Source of the DNA: Eledone cirrhosa
Lineage: Eukaryota
Reading direction: 5' to 3'
NCBI GenBank assembly: GCA_964016885.1
Contig: OZ024741.1
Span: 220,348,001 to 220,412,000 of the forward strand
Length of the DNA stretch: 64,000 bases
Position numbers and translations under genes: made by a program. Shown here one piece after another: positions 13,420 to 26,885 of this stretch. The first letter of the stretch is position 1. Every line of letters starts with the position of its first letter. The notes under the pieces are model-generated. The model made no database searches, was not told the DNA's origin, and was given only the letters and a program-made list of their open reading frames with translations.

Positions 13420-13830
13420 CTTGATCTCTGTTTCCTGATCTCTATTTCTTGTGTTTCTTAATTACTAATTCTTGTGATTCTTGATCATTGTTTCTTGATC
13501 TCTGGTTCCTGATACTTGATTCTTGTGTTTCTTGATCACTAATTCTTGTGATTCTTGATCATTGTTTCTTGATCTCTGGTTCCTGATCTCTGTTTATTGT
13601 GTTTCTTGATGACTAGTTCTTGTGATTCTTGATCAATGTTTCTTGATCTCTGGTTCCTAATCTATGTTTCTTGTGTTTCTTGATCACTAGTTCTTGTGAT
13701 TCTTGATCATTGTTTCTTGATCTCTGGTTCCTGATCTCTATTTCTTGTATTTCTTGATCACTAGTTCTTGTGATTCTTGATCTGTCTTTCTTGATCTCTG
13801 GTTCCTGATCTCTGTTGCTTGTGTTCCTTG
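13420..13830. repeat. Minisatellite, 74-bp period, ~5.5 copies
   Basis: cttgatctctggttcct recurs at 13494, 13568, 13642, 13716, 13790. Confidence 0.85.
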
Positions 13831-14489
13831 ATCTGTGTTTCCTTTGTTACTTCCTTTATGTTTCTTGTTTTGCCTCATCCATAAGTTTTATCCACGTCTT
13901 GAGCTCTGTTTCTAGTGTTCGTTGAGTTCTGTTAATGTAATTGTTGATCTATAACTTTCTCTATATTTCACTTGTGCATCTTATTTTGTTTTCCTCGAAA
14001 TCTGTGTTTCTAATCCCCATTTCATAATCTGTGGTTAGAAAGATCCATGTCTCTTAATCCGTGATCCTTGATCTGTGTTTTTGTTATCTGTGATTCTTGA
14101 TTCGTATGGTAGAATATCATTATGTAAAAATCACACATAATTTGACTACGGGTTTGGTCGCCCATTTACTCAATTACTAGAACTGGGAATGTATTCCATA
14201 TTTCAAGCACAGCAAGGAACTAAATAAAGCAATTACGATTGCAGGTTTTTTCACAAAGAGAGGGAGAGAGAGGGAGAGCTAGAGAGAGAAGGGGAGGGGG
14301 AGCTAGATAGTGAGAAAGAGAGAGAGAAAGAGAGAGAAAGAGAGAGAAAGAGAGAAAGAGAGAAAGAGAGAATAAAAATAGGGGGAAAATGATACATAAG
14401 AAGTATAGTAGAAATGTCTTTCTCTCTCTCTATTTCTCCTTCATTCGAGAGAGAGGTGCATGAGTGAATGTCTGTGCGTGCGAATGAAA

Positions 14490-14890
14490 CTGCTATTCTA
14501 TTATTCTACAATATTTCTATTCCACTACACTACTATTCCTCTACCCCAGTATTCCACTACACCACTATTCTACTGCACAGCTATTCCACTACACTATACC
14601 ACTATTCTACTGCATAACTATTCCACTACACCACTATTCTACTGCACAACTATTCTCCTACACTACTATCCTATTACAGAACTGTTCTACTACACCGCTA
14701 CACTGTTACACTACTATACCGCTATTACACTACACTACTATACCGCTATTACACTACACTTCTATACCGCTATTACACTACACTACTATACCGCTATTAC
14801 ACTACACTACTATACCAGTACACAATTACTCTACTACACTTCTATACCACTACACCGCTATTCTACTACACTAATACGCTACTAATCTGC
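14490..14890. repeat. Degenerate (CTA/CTACA) minisatellite with a 24-bp unit
   Basis: ctataccgctattacactacacta repeated. Confidence 0.8.
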
Positions 14891-14979
14891 TATTCCCCTG
14901 TTTAACTATTCCTTTAAACTAAGTTGGTGATATTCAGAAGCAAATGCACCCACGTAAATTAATATAGGGTTATATATTG

Positions 14980-17485
14980 TAACAACAACAACAACAACAA
15001 CAGAAACAACAACAGCAACAGCAACAGCAACAGCAACAACAACAACAACAACAGCAACAACAACAGCAACAACAACAACAACAGCAACAACAACAGCAAC
15101 AACAATAGCATCAACAACAGCAACAACAACAACAACAGCAACAACAACAGCAACAACAATAGCATCAACAACAGCAACGACAACAGCGACATCACCAGCA
15201 ATACCTCCACAACAACAACATCCATCTCCAACAATACCTCCACCACCACCACCACAACATCACCTCCAACAATACATCCACCACCACCACCACAACAACA
15301 ACCAGAACAACAATACCTCCACCACCACCACCACAACAACAACACCTCCAACAATACCTCCACCACCATCCCGCCACAACAACAACAACACCTCCAGCAC
15401 CACCACTACCACCACCACAACAACAACAACACCTCCACCACCACCACCACTGCAACACCTCCAACAATACCACCACCACAACAACAACAACACCATCTCC
15501 ACCACCACAACAACAACAACACCTCCCCCCCACCACCACAGCAACAACAACACCTCCAACAATACCTCCACCACCACCACAACAACAACACCACCACCAC
15601 CACCGCCACCACAATCTCCAACAATACCACCACCACCACAACAACAACACCTCCAACAACAACAACAACACTTCCACCACCACCACCACCGCCACCACAA
15701 TCTCCAACAATACCACCACCACCACAACAACACCTCCAACAACAACAACAACAACACTTCCACCACCACCACCACCGCCACCACAATCTCCAACAATACC
15801 ACCACCACCACAACAACACCTCCAACAACAACAACAACAACACTTCCACCACCACCACCACCGCCACCACAATCTCCAACAATACCACCACCACCACAAC
15901 AACACACCTCCAACAACAACAACAACACTTCCACCACCACCACCACCGCCACCACAATCTCCAACAATACCACCACCACCACAACAACAACACCTCCAAC
16001 AACAACAACACTTCCACCACCACCACCACCGCCACCACAATCTCCAACAATACCACCACCACCACAACAACAACACCTCCAACAACAACAACAACAACAC
16101 TTCCACCACCACCACCGCCACCACAATCTCCAACAATACCACCACCACCACAACAACAACACCTCCAACAACAACAACAACAACACTTCCACCACCACCA
16201 CCGCCACCACAATCTCCAACAATACCTCCACCACCACAACAACAACACCTCCAACAACAACAACAACACTTCCACCACCACCACCGCCACCACAATCTCC
16301 AACAATACCTCCACCACCACAACAACAACACCTCCAACAACAACAACAACACTTCCACCACCACCACCACCGCCACCACAATCTCCAACAATACCACCAC
16401 CACCACAACAACAACACCTCCAACAACAACAACAACAACACTTCCACCACCACCACCACCGCCACCACAATCTCCAACAATACCTCCACCACCACCACAA
16501 CAACAACACCACCACCACCACCGCCACCACAATCTCCAACAATACCACCACCACCACAACAACAACACCTCCAACAACAACAACAACAACACTTCCACCA
16601 CCACCACCACCGCCACCACAATCTCCAACAATACCTCCACCACCACAACAACAACACCTCCAACAACAACAACAACACTTCCACCACCACCACCACCGCC
16701 ACCACAATCTCCAACAATACCACCACCACCACAACAACAACACCTCCAACAACAACAACAACACTTCCACCACCACCACCACCGCCACCACAATCTCCAA
16801 CAATACCTCCACCACCACAACAACAACACCTCCAACAACAACAACAACACTTCCACCACCACCACCACCGCCACCACAATCTCCAACAATACCACCACCA
16901 CCACAACAACAACACCTCCAACAACAACAACAACACTTCCACCACCACCACCACCGCCACCACAATCTCCAACAATACCTCCACCACCACCACAACAACA
17001 CCTCCAACAACAACAACAACAACACTTCCACCACCACCACCACCGGCACCACAATCTCCAACAATACCACCACCACCACAACAACACCTCCAACAACAAC
17101 AACAACAACACTTCCACCACCACCACCACCGCCACCACAATCTCCAACAATACCTCCACCACCACCACAACAACAACACCACCACCACCACCACCGCCAC
17201 CACAATCTCCAACAATACCACCACCACCACAACAACAACACCTCCAACAACAACAACAACAACACTTCCACCACCACCACCACCGCCACCACAATCTCCA
17301 ACAATACCACCACCACCACAACAACAACACCTCCAACAACAACAACAACAACACTTCCACCACCACCACCACCGCCACCACAATCTCCAACAATACCACC
17401 ACCACCACCACAACAACACCTCCAACAACAACAACAACACTTCCACCACCACCACCACCGCCACCACAATCTCCAACAATACCTC
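14980..17485. repeat. (AAC/ACC)n compound minisatellite, ~80-88-bp higher-order unit
   Basis: ccgccaccacaatctccaacaatacc recurs more than 20 times. Confidence 0.9.
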
Positions 17486-18264
17486 TAGCGGTGACTAAGT
17501 TTCTTCTGTTGTTCTATTCAGTGTGGAGTTCACATAAAATCAATCAATCACTAAACTAAGTGAATATCGATTTAATTTCTATCTCCTCATTTTTTTGTTC
17601 TATCATTCAATATAACTGAGAACTAGGTTTTATGTAATCCCATGTTATCTCTTTCACCCAGCCTCTCTCTCTCTCTCTCTCTCCAAATATGCATATATAT
17701 CTCTCTATGTAAATATGTGTGTGTGTGTCTATATATATATATGTGTGTGTGTGTGTGTGCTTGTGTGTGTGTGTGTGTGTGCTTGTGTGTGCTTGTGTGT
17801 GTGTGTGTGTGTATGTATGTGTGAGTGCGTGTGTGCTTGTGTGTGTGTGTGCTTGTCTGTGCTTGTGTGTGTGTGTGTGTGCTTGTGTGTGTGTGTGCTT
17901 GTGCGTGCTTGTGTGTGTGCTTGTATGTGTGTGTGTGGGGGTGGGGGTGGGGGTGTTCTTGTGTGTGTGTGCTAGTATGTGCTTGTGTGTGTGTGTGTGT
18001 GTGTGTGCTTGTGTGTGTGTGTGCGTGTGTGTGTGCGTGTGTGTGTGTGCTTGTGTGTGTGTGTGTGCTTGTGTGTGCTTGTGTGTGTGTGTGCTTGTGT
18101 GTGTTTGTGTGTGTGTGTGCTTGTGTCTGTGTGTGTGCTTGTGTGTTTTGCGAACAGAAATCGTATGAAGTTCACAGTTGAATATTTTCTTCCCGTATGT
18201 ATATATATATATATATATATATACGATATTAAATAAATGGAAACTATATTTATAAAACCATATT

Positions 18265-18330
18265 TATTTCATTATATATATTTCAGGGATATCATATTAA
18301 CAATATGCTATGCCTTCCTCAGACAAAATA
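18265..18330 (-). ncRNA. Type I hammerhead ribozyme, family A (mirror copy)
   Basis: Reverse complement of 18487-18552. Confidence 0.75.
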
Positions 18331-18486
18331 CAATATAGACAGTTTTATAGATAAATAGATTTGACATACCGTAACAACATCGACTTGTATTTGAAAAGTT
18401 GAATTGGCTGCCAATTCAACTTTTCAAATACAAGTCGATTTTGTACGGTATGTCAAATCTATTTATCTATAAAACTGTCTATATTG

Positions 18487-18552
18487 TATTTTGTCTGAGG
18501 AAGGCATAGCATATTGTTAATATGATATCCCTGAAATATATATAATGAAATA
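18487..18552 (+). ncRNA. Type I hammerhead ribozyme, family A
   Basis: Stem I tattttgt/atgaaata; CTGAGGA 18495-18501; stem II agg..cct; GAAA 18533-18536; short stem III; AUA site after 18544. Confidence 0.75.
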
Positions 18553-19244
18553 AATATGGTTTTATAAATATAGTTTCCATTTATTTAATATCGTAAATAT
18601 ACTCCAAATACTTGTCGAGTGCTTTTATATCAGTTATAAATATTTACTAGTTGTAACCCAACAATTTAAATATAACTTTCCATATATATATATATATGTA
18701 TGTATGTATATATATATATAAGCTGACTATACTGGAGACGTGAAATGAAGTGTTTTTCCTCCAGAATACAACATACAACTCGATCCAGGAATCGAACCCA
18801 AGATATTACAGTCTTAAGTTCAACACCAGTACCACTAGGCCACGCACCTCCACTTCTTGAGCTGGAACAAAGAACCAGGCATTTGAATTCTACGCCCTAA
18901 ACACTGACAATTTGCTTCCTTAAACACACACACATACACACTCACACATACACACATATAGATAAATAGGTAGTGAAGGGCCCCTAGCCTTTATCAGGGC
19001 ATCCTTCTAGAAGGTAACTCAGGAAACTGGGATAACTCCGATATAAAACCTGCGGCTCAGTAGTTACCGATGATGTTGATATTTTCTTCTTTTCGGGTTA
19101 CAGCTACTGTCGCCCAGAGAGTGGGATTGGCTCAGTGCACAGTCTTTCCTCACTTTAAAAAATATCTTCACGCATGATAGAATTAATTAATAATTATTAA
19201 TAATGGTATAACGTGCAATGGCCATACTCGATAACGAGGGGGCA

Positions 19245-19291
<47 letters not shown>

Positions 19292-19300
<9 letters not shown>

Positions 19301-19450
19301 AAAGGCTTCTACAGGACCAGAACTCTTTCATTCGGGAAAAAAACAGTTCCAGTCCTGTAGAAGCCTTTTCTATATTAAATATTTATACTCTGCTTTGTAT
19401 TGAGTACCTTGGTTATTGTGGTTACCCCCGATTGAACCCGGGATAAACTT
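19292..19450 (+). mobile_element. Inverted repeat plus tail, family C pLTR-like remnant
   Basis: taatatagaaaaggcttctacaggac / gtcctgtagaagccttttctatatta; (TA)n on both sides; homologous to 41176-41310 and 58226-58410. Confidence 0.7.
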
Positions 19451-19756
19451 ATATATATATATATATATCTCACTTTTCGTTGCTTCACCATCTTTGTTTG
19501 TTTACACTCTCGTGTCCCCTTTATTTACGTGTCCCAACGACTTTTTTTAACCGTTGCTCGCACCAACCGGAGGTATATGGTCTTTAAAGCGATGAAATAC
19601 CAATGATGGTTGGAAGATCACTGATAAAGGACTAACTTTATTCATATATATATATATATATAAAGATTTACATATACATAAAGTCACATATATATATGTG
19701 GCAACCGGTCACGATGTGGCTCAATGAAGAATTAATAACTTAAATAATCAGAGCAA

Positions 19757-19841
19757 TATATCATAAATCATGTCCTTAGAATTATTAGATAAAATATATT
19801 GGTATATATTTTATCTAATAAATCTAAGGACATGATTTATG

Positions 19842-19846
<5 letters not shown>
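19757..19846. repeat. 90-bp palindrome with an upstream one-sided tail, in (TA)n
   Basis: tatatcataaatcatgtccttaga...tctaaggacatgatttatgatata. Confidence 0.75.
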
Positions 19847-19883
<37 letters not shown>

Positions 19884-20089
19884 ATACATGCATACATACC
19901 AAGAAAGTTAGGAAGGGCCCTTAACAAACGGTGGATTAGTAGGGGTACCTTCATGATGTAAGCCTATTCTTCTCCAGGTCGGAACACAATCGATGTCTTC
20001 TAGATACAGAGAGAAAGAGAAGAAACAACCCCCATATATGAGTAGTACATTATCGAACTCTCCTCCTAATCTCCCTCCCCCTTCATCTT

Positions 20090-20345
20090 CACCTATTAAT
20101 TCCTGAAAGTGGCGTCGTGGGGTTGTGCAGAGTCTTCAAGGTCTCCTGTCTGCGGGTTCTGTCAGAAGCAACTGTCTGCAACTGATCCGGCTTGATCCCC
20201 CAGCGTCACCAGCCGAGTTGATAGATGTTATCCAATCATCTTGTTCTGGGTCTACCCCTGGGTCTCCTGCCGGGTGGTTTTGCCTGTAAAATCATTCCAG
20301 CAATTTTTTTCCTGAGACTTATCACATGTGCGTAATATGGTGAAT
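20090..20345 (-). mobile_element. RTE-like LINE 3' coding fragment
   Basis: ILQAKPPGRRPRGRPRTR*LDNI matches the RTE C-terminal G.R.RGRPR.RW.D motif. Confidence 0.65.
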
Positions 20346-20811
20346 ACAAGCGGCGGAAATAGGTTTCCTGTGAAAGCTCTTTGGAGTAAAAGAGTCGATC
20401 CAGCCGACTATACTGGAGACATGTGAAATGAAGTGTTTTTCCTCCAGAATACAACATACAACTCGGTCCAGGAATCGAACCCAAGATATTACAGTCTTAA
20501 GTTCAACACCAGTACCACTAGGCCACGCACCTCCACTTCTTGAGCTGGAACAAAGAACCAGGCATTTGAATTCTACGCCCTAAACACTGACAGATACACA
20601 CTCACACATACACACATATAGATAAATAGGTATATTAAAGTTTTCGTTTTTCTAAGAGTTCTCCATCACTTATATGGATTATCAGTCAATACTAAAATGT
20701 AACAACCTACCCATTATTTGAAATATTCTACGCCAGATATCCACTTAGTATTTTTCTCGAATTTTACATATATAAGCTGAAATAGACAGCTTCTTCTAAC
20801 AAATATATTGC

Positions 20812-23685
20812 TCGCCAACCACCCACATTTGCTAATTGGTCCCGGGCGGAAGGTCTACCGAGCAGACTGGCCAGTTCGTCCTCCTCTACGCCTAGAGTTT
20901 CTCAGAACGTGTCGTCGCACTTTCTGCGGACCAACCCTCTACAGAATGTCGAAGTGGAGTCTCCACTGATCGCCGGGTCCGTTTGCCAGAGGACTGTGAG
21001 CGCCTGAGCACATTCGATGTGCCAGTCGCCCATTTTCCTCGGTCTTTCCCTGACCCAAGACTGCAGCTCGGTCAGCGAGACGAGTCGTAGGAAGGCTCGC
21101 CAAACGAACGGGGCCCACACCGGTTGTCTGGTGAGCAATATGTGGAGGTGCCGCAGCCTGAGCGCGTGGTTGCGCATCGTCAGCCACGGCATCACCAGCC
21201 TTGCGTTTGAAGGGTCTTCATAGCAGATGGATCTTCTCACCAAAGGAGCCCGTTTCTTCCAAAGGAATTGGAAGAGCGCGCGCTCCATTTTGGTAACCGT
21301 TTTGGCTGGACAAGGCACGACGGTCAAGCGGTAGAAGATGGCGGAGGCTATAAAAGTGTTCGCCACCTCCGCTCGACCTTTTAAGGATAGTTTGCACTCG
21401 GCCCACTTCTGGGTGAGCGCAAACACCTTGGCCGTCACCTCGTTCCAGTTCTTCTCCACCTGGAGATCCAGACCAAACCAGACCCCGAGCAGCTTTACCG
21501 GTCCTTCAGTCTAGCGTCCGACGACGCTATCGGAAGGCATCGGTTTGCCTCTCCACGTGCCGAGTTGCAAACCGACGGATTTGTCCCGGTTCAGCTTCAC
21601 TCCTGTGAATCTTTCGTATTCCTCCAGTAAGGTGCCGATCTCCCCGATTTGCGAGGTGCTCGACACCATTACTGTCATGTCGCTTTTCGCAGTCCCGGTT
21701 CCAAAGGGATGCCTTGCAATAGCTCCAACTTCCGCAGTAGTGGCTCGAAGGGAGGAGAGAGGGCATCCATGTCGGATGGATCGCGTGATATGGAACGGCT
21801 TCGAGAGGTAGCCGTTCACCTTGACCCTTGAGCAGATGTTGCTGCTGTGCATTGCAGCAATCCAGCCCTTGAACATGGGTCCGAAGCCTGCCGCCTCGAG
21901 CACCGCATCCAGGTAACGATGGTCAACCCTATCAAAAGCCTTAGACTGATCCAAGTTGATCAGGGCCCCACCGAAGCCAGGTTTACACCCAACCCTCTCT
22001 ATGATGTATCACATGAGGTGGAGGTTGTCGTGTATGGACCTGGTCGGGATTGCGCATGTCTGCGCTTCTCCCACCAGGTTTTCGACGACAAGCGCCAGCC
22101 TCTTTGCCAACACCTTGGCCAAAATCTGTAACTCTGTGTTGAGCAGAGTTATGGGCCGGAAGTTGCCTATGTCAACCCCCTTGTTCTCGTCCTTCCTTAC
22201 TACGTGATTACGTCCTTGGTCACAGAACTGGGAATTCTCCCGTTCTGCTGCCAGTTGCAGAAGACCGCTTCCAGGAGCCCGGAGAACAAGTCTGACATTG
22301 CTACGTAAAATTCGTAGGGTAGACCATCGAGACCTGGAGATTTGCGTTTGTCGCATTGGCTCAGTTCATCCCGTATCTCAGCGGCCGAAATCGGCTTTTC
22401 GCAGAACTTCGCTTCTCTATCCAAGAGTCGCGGTAGGCCGTCCAGGTATGGACCGGAATCCATAGCCCCTCCCGGCGTGCCGCCCTGCCGGAACAGTTGA
22501 GCAAAGTGCCGCTGAAAGGCCGCGCACGAGTCAGTCTTGGTCCTTCAAAGAGTGAATCGTGGACTTGGTGCCACTTTTCGCCTTCGTCACTCGAGCCCAG
22601 CTAACAGCTTTGGCTCATTCGTTTCCCAGAGCACGTATTTTGCTTCTGACAACGCAGCCTTCATGCTTTGCGTCGAAGAACTGGTCCAAGGACGTTCTCG
22701 TCGCTAGCACGCTGGCTGCGTTGCCACTCCTAAGTGCCTCTTCTACTTTATCTACAAGTTCCTTTTCGGTCTTATTTCTATCTAACACTAATTCTTTACT
22801 AAAACCTATCCAGTCTAATCTAACTTCCCTCTTGAGAGAGTACCACCATCTGTTGTTGACAATGGCCCCCGTCAAGTGCTGCTTAACTGAAGTGCTAATC
22901 CGTCTACTGTAGGCTTTGCATGTCGGTAGCGACAAGTTCAGCTTCCAGTAGCCGGGTCCCTGTCTATGGGTTTTGTCAAGTTTGACTAAGCAGGTCACTA
23001 GTTTGTGATCTGAATAGGCAACCATGAACATTTGTGGGCAGCTTAACATGTCCCTATCCTTCTTTCTAACTAGAACCCTATCTAGGTACGATCTAGATGT
23101 TCCGGTACGATAAGTCCATGTCCACAGTGGCATAGTCGGAAAATCTAGTCGATATCAATCGGCCAGTTCAAATCGGCCGATTAACTGTTTGAGGCTGTTA
23201 CACCACCCTCTATCGGGACATGCTCCCACACAGTCCCAACGTGCATCTAGGATTCCATTCCAGTCCCCCACTAATAGCAGGGAGCGGGACGTTCCCAGAA
23301 AAGTCTCTAGAAGTTTGAAGAAGTCTGGCCGCGGTGTCCCGGATGGGGCATATGCGGCCACCAGCCTGAAGGCTCCACCTTCACTACCGTCAACGTCTAG
23401 AACCACCAGTCGACCCTCCGGGTCCAGATGTACCGTCTGTGTTACGAGGTCCAGGTGTTTCCGCAGCAAAACGGCAACCCCACCCCCACCTCCCGGCTGA
23501 CAGAGAGATGCGAAGATTTCAAATTCATCGAAGATGGGGTCCAGCTCTCGCTCACTCTGGATCCTGAACTCGCAAATGGCTACTACATCCATGCTGTGCG
23601 ACCTGAGGTCGTATAAGAGTTTGCCCTGTTACCAGGGTATACCCAGGCCGCGTACATTCACACATCCAACTCTTATATTGGCCAT
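20812..23685 (-). pseudogene. Tx1/L1-like LINE ORF2 (APE endonuclease + RT), disrupted and 3'-truncated
   Basis: Starts MANIRVGCVNVRGL at 23685; GDWN, YLDRVL, SDHK (APE); KSPGLDGLPYEFY, FRPITLLNT, DQSKAFDRVDH, GCPLS (RT). The YADD region appears deleted. Confidence 0.9.
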
Positions 23686-23949
23686 GTTGGTGCTGAAAAG
23701 TTAAAAGAAGACGAAAAGAAATCACCCACCTCTTCATCTACTGGGGACCAGGCTGAACAATTTCCATGGGGGTGTTGGATGGGTTGTTTGGTGGAGTGGA
23801 GGTCTCTGGCGGGGTGGGGACGGAGATTTTTGGTGGGGAGGGTGTATCAGGTGGGGTGGGGGTGTCTGGGATTGGAATATCTGGGGTGGGGTGGGGAAAC
23901 ATTTCAAAAGAACGCGGTTATAGGGTTTGACGCAGGGGTTACCTACGTC

Positions 23950-24822
23950 GTTAGGAAATTTTTCTTTTAACTATTTATGTGTGTCCATGGAGATCCTAAT
24001 CATTTTAAGATTAGGATTCTCCGAAGAGTGTGTAAAAGTTTTCCCTTCGGTCTCCACCGAAGGGTTTTTATATATGGTGTCTGTTAGAGTTTTATTGTTA
24101 GTATTTATGTAGGTTTAACATTTTTGTTGTGTTGTGTTGCTTTATTTCTGTGGTTCTTGTGTGTTTATGTTTTGTAGTAAGTGTTTTGGTTTCAGGAGGG
24201 GATGTTTTTGTTTGTGCTGTTTGCGTCGCTTGTATTGGTATTTGTGTGTTTGTTGCATTTTCGTTTGTGTTATGTCTTTTCTTTTTTCTTTTTACTGGTC
24301 GGAAAGGCTCTCCCTCATCGTCACCCAGTGACGATGATGAGGCCTCATCCGTGTTGTTGGGGAGGGGTACATTTTGGGGAGCTGTTATGTGTGTGGGTGT
24401 TTCTGGAGTTGTTTTAGGTGGGCAGGGGTTGGGAGGGACTGTGTTTGCAGTTTGGTTTGTTTTTGTGTGTTGTTGTTGTTGTGATGGTGGTGGTGGTGGT
24501 TGTGCTGTTGTGTTGGGTGTCGGCAGTAGTGCCTTTTTTTTAATGCAGTTAATTGAGGACAGGAAGCCCTCAGGTGACCACTGCTTAAACAGTGGTAACA
24601 TGAAGGCCGCCTACCCTCAACAGAAATGTTTATGTAGGAATTTCCATCCAGAGGCACACGTTGTGGTATTCTAGCCATCCGTTCTGGTCTTATTTGGACC
24701 AGAAGTGTTAAGCTTGTACCGTTGAATATGCCCCTGGGGGACTTTCCTACCGAAATTAGCAATTGGAAAGACCAACGGAAACATTGTTTCCTCGGCCCGA
24801 TATGACGAAACTCGATTGACTG

Positions 24823-24825
<3 letters not shown>
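23950..24825 (-). pseudogene. ORF1 (gag-like) remnant with a CCHC zinc knuckle, probably of the same LINE
   Basis: CYHCLSSGHLRASCP (CX2CX4HX4C) followed by a low-complexity Thr/Pro/Lys region; abuts (TA)n at 24826. Confidence 0.7.
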
Positions 24826-24900
<75 letters not shown>

Positions 24901-24988
24901 GTGTCTGTGGGTATAATATATCCTCGAAGGCTGTTTAAAAGACGTTGGTGTGTGTGAGAGAGAAAGACAGAGAGAGGCGGGAGAGAGG

Positions 24989-25021
<33 letters not shown>

Positions 25022-25288
25022 CGAAAGAGAGGGAGACAATACACATAGATATACACACAGATACAGATAGAAAGTAAGGCCTACTACATATGCCAGCTCA
25101 TCTAACTTATAATATAAGTAACATTATAGGATAAAAGACTCCAGAATTTTAAGCCAGTTTATGTTATAGCAAATGTCATCTATTAAAAAGGTTATTGTAT
25201 ATCAGTTCTTAAAAAGGTTATTGTATATCAGTTCATAGAAATCAATAGGCTTAAAATGTTTTTAATTTCAGTACTTATATGCATACAC

Positions 25289-25367
<79 letters not shown>

Positions 25368-25370
25368 GAA

Positions 25371-25417
<47 letters not shown>

Positions 25418-25665
25418 CGTATATATATACTTTCGTAAACTTCACACGAAATTGCAATAACTCACTCTCTTTCTCTTTCTCTCTCTATCTATCTATCTAT
25501 CTCACACCCACCCACACATAACCGATTTTTAATCAGTCTTGATAGATATATTACATACACAAACATTATATATATATATATATGATTTCTCCCGAATGAA
25601 ACAGTTCGATTCCTGGAGAAGCCATTTCTATATTATGTATATTTATATATATATATATGTGTGTG

Positions 25666-25940
25666 TAAGGAAAAGAAATCGAAAGTGCAACTGGAATCTT
25701 TTGAAGAATATTTATATGTTTCCTTTACCAGTTTCACAGTTCTTATGCTTTTCAAAAGTAGAATTGAGATGGAGGGTTTGTGGTTTTACTCGCATCTAGT
25801 AAAACCACAAACCCTCCATCTCAATTCTACTTTTGAAAAGGATAAGAACTGTGAAACATATAAATATTCTTCAAAAGACTCGAGTTGCATTTTCGATTTC
25901 TTCTCCTTATATTTTCACTCGTGTAGGTCATCTCGTTTTT
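25666..25940. mobile_element. ~245-bp palindrome plus tail, family D
   Basis: Arms 25666-25790/25798-25909; the right arm lacks the ctggtaaaggaaa segment. Confidence 0.8.
25723..25758 (-). ncRNA. Minimal hammerhead, U3:A8 variant (family D)
   Basis: ctt-TTGAAAA-gca(taagaac)tgt-GAAA-CTGG-TA-aag; all stems are short. Confidence 0.5.
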
Positions 25941-26085
25941 TTTTTTGTTCAGAAAAAAAAATCGTTTTCTTTGTATATATATATAAGTATATGTATATAA
26001 GTATGCAAATTAGGCTGCTCAGCCCTTAATATGCATAAGGAAAGTATATACTTTCAAACGTTCAAACATCTGACAGGAAGGTATA

Positions 26086-26128
26086 CAAATGCGGATGATA
26101 GCTAATAAGCTTGAAACTAGTACATCGT
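26086..26128 (+). ncRNA. Decayed hammerhead, family E (CGGATGA)
   Basis: Homologue of 41992-42034 with a U4G change; element spans ~26058-26247. Confidence 0.55.
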
Positions 26129-26250
26129 TCCTTTGTCAGTGTTGAACAAAAGGGCAACGATGGTTGCCGAACACTGTACGGCGTAATTCAGGCTGTTTGT
26201 TTACAAACAAACCGAACATTATAATAAATGTTCGGTAAACCCATACGTAC

Positions 26251-26303
<53 letters not shown>

Positions 26304-26540
26304 CATGTATGTATATATATACATACTACTGTACGTTTGTATACATATATGTATGTACGTACACATACTTACATTTAAGTATCAGCCGTACTAAGAGTGA
26401 GAAATGAAATTTCGTTTCATTCTTTTCTATTTATATATATATATATATATGTATGTTTATATAAATATATATATGTGTGTATATGTATTTTTAAAACTAG
26501 ATGGCGTAGGACAGAACAAAGGAGAGGCACAAAAACAAAG

Positions 26541-26781
26541 AAAAGAATCTCCAGTCAAGAACTTTGACAATATATGAACAATCATCTGGTTGTGGAACCA
26601 ACCAACCAACCAGAAATTTATAAATTCCTAAATTTATAAATTTATTATAATAAATTGAAGTGAAAGCATCTGGTGCGTGTGTTTCTTATTGACAACATGA
26701 CCCTCCCAAAGTATAACAATATCGGTTTCAACACACGTTTTCAGATAAAGAATCTTGCTAAACAAATTCAGAAACGAAATA
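26541..26781 (+). mobile_element. Family F element with the ribozyme core deleted
   Basis: Reverse-complement homologue of 40857-41110; reads gtca|agaactttgac. Confidence 0.75.
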
Positions 26782-26827
26782 TATATATATATATATATAG
26801 TTATGTAATAAACAACATAAGGCAACT

Positions 26828-26885
26828 ATTTACCAGTGGTTTCTTAAAAGCAAACAAATTTTTTCTTTCAATCATCAGAATGAAA
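26828..26885 (-). ncRNA. Type I hammerhead, family G
   Basis: att-CTGATGA-ttgaaag..cttttaa-GAAA-CCA-c-TGG-TA-aat. Confidence 0.7.

Larger units (their letters stand above)
18222..18682. mobile_element. ~375-bp near-perfect palindrome plus tail in (TA)n, family A pLTR-like element
   Basis: Arms 18222-18408/18410-18595 centred on gaattggc-t-gccaattc; tail 18596-18682 is homologous to ~49140-49229(-). Confidence 0.85.
18721..20632 (+). repeat. ~230-250-bp direct repeats (18721-18972 and 20402-20632)
   Basis: Near-identical SINE fragment plus non-SINE flank (cttgagctggaacaaagaaccagg...gataaataggta) duplicated. Confidence 0.85.

Noticed and set aside
15192-17479. Three 687-739-aa ORFs on the - strand
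   Set aside because: Low-complexity GGT/GTT satellite open in all three frames; not coding.
18222-18595. Interpreting the HHR palindromes as MITEs or miRNA precursors
   Set aside because: Asymmetric tail, variable centre, single-arm copies and embedded HHR cores fit retroelement pLTR inversions better; the arms are too long and too perfect for pre-miRNA.
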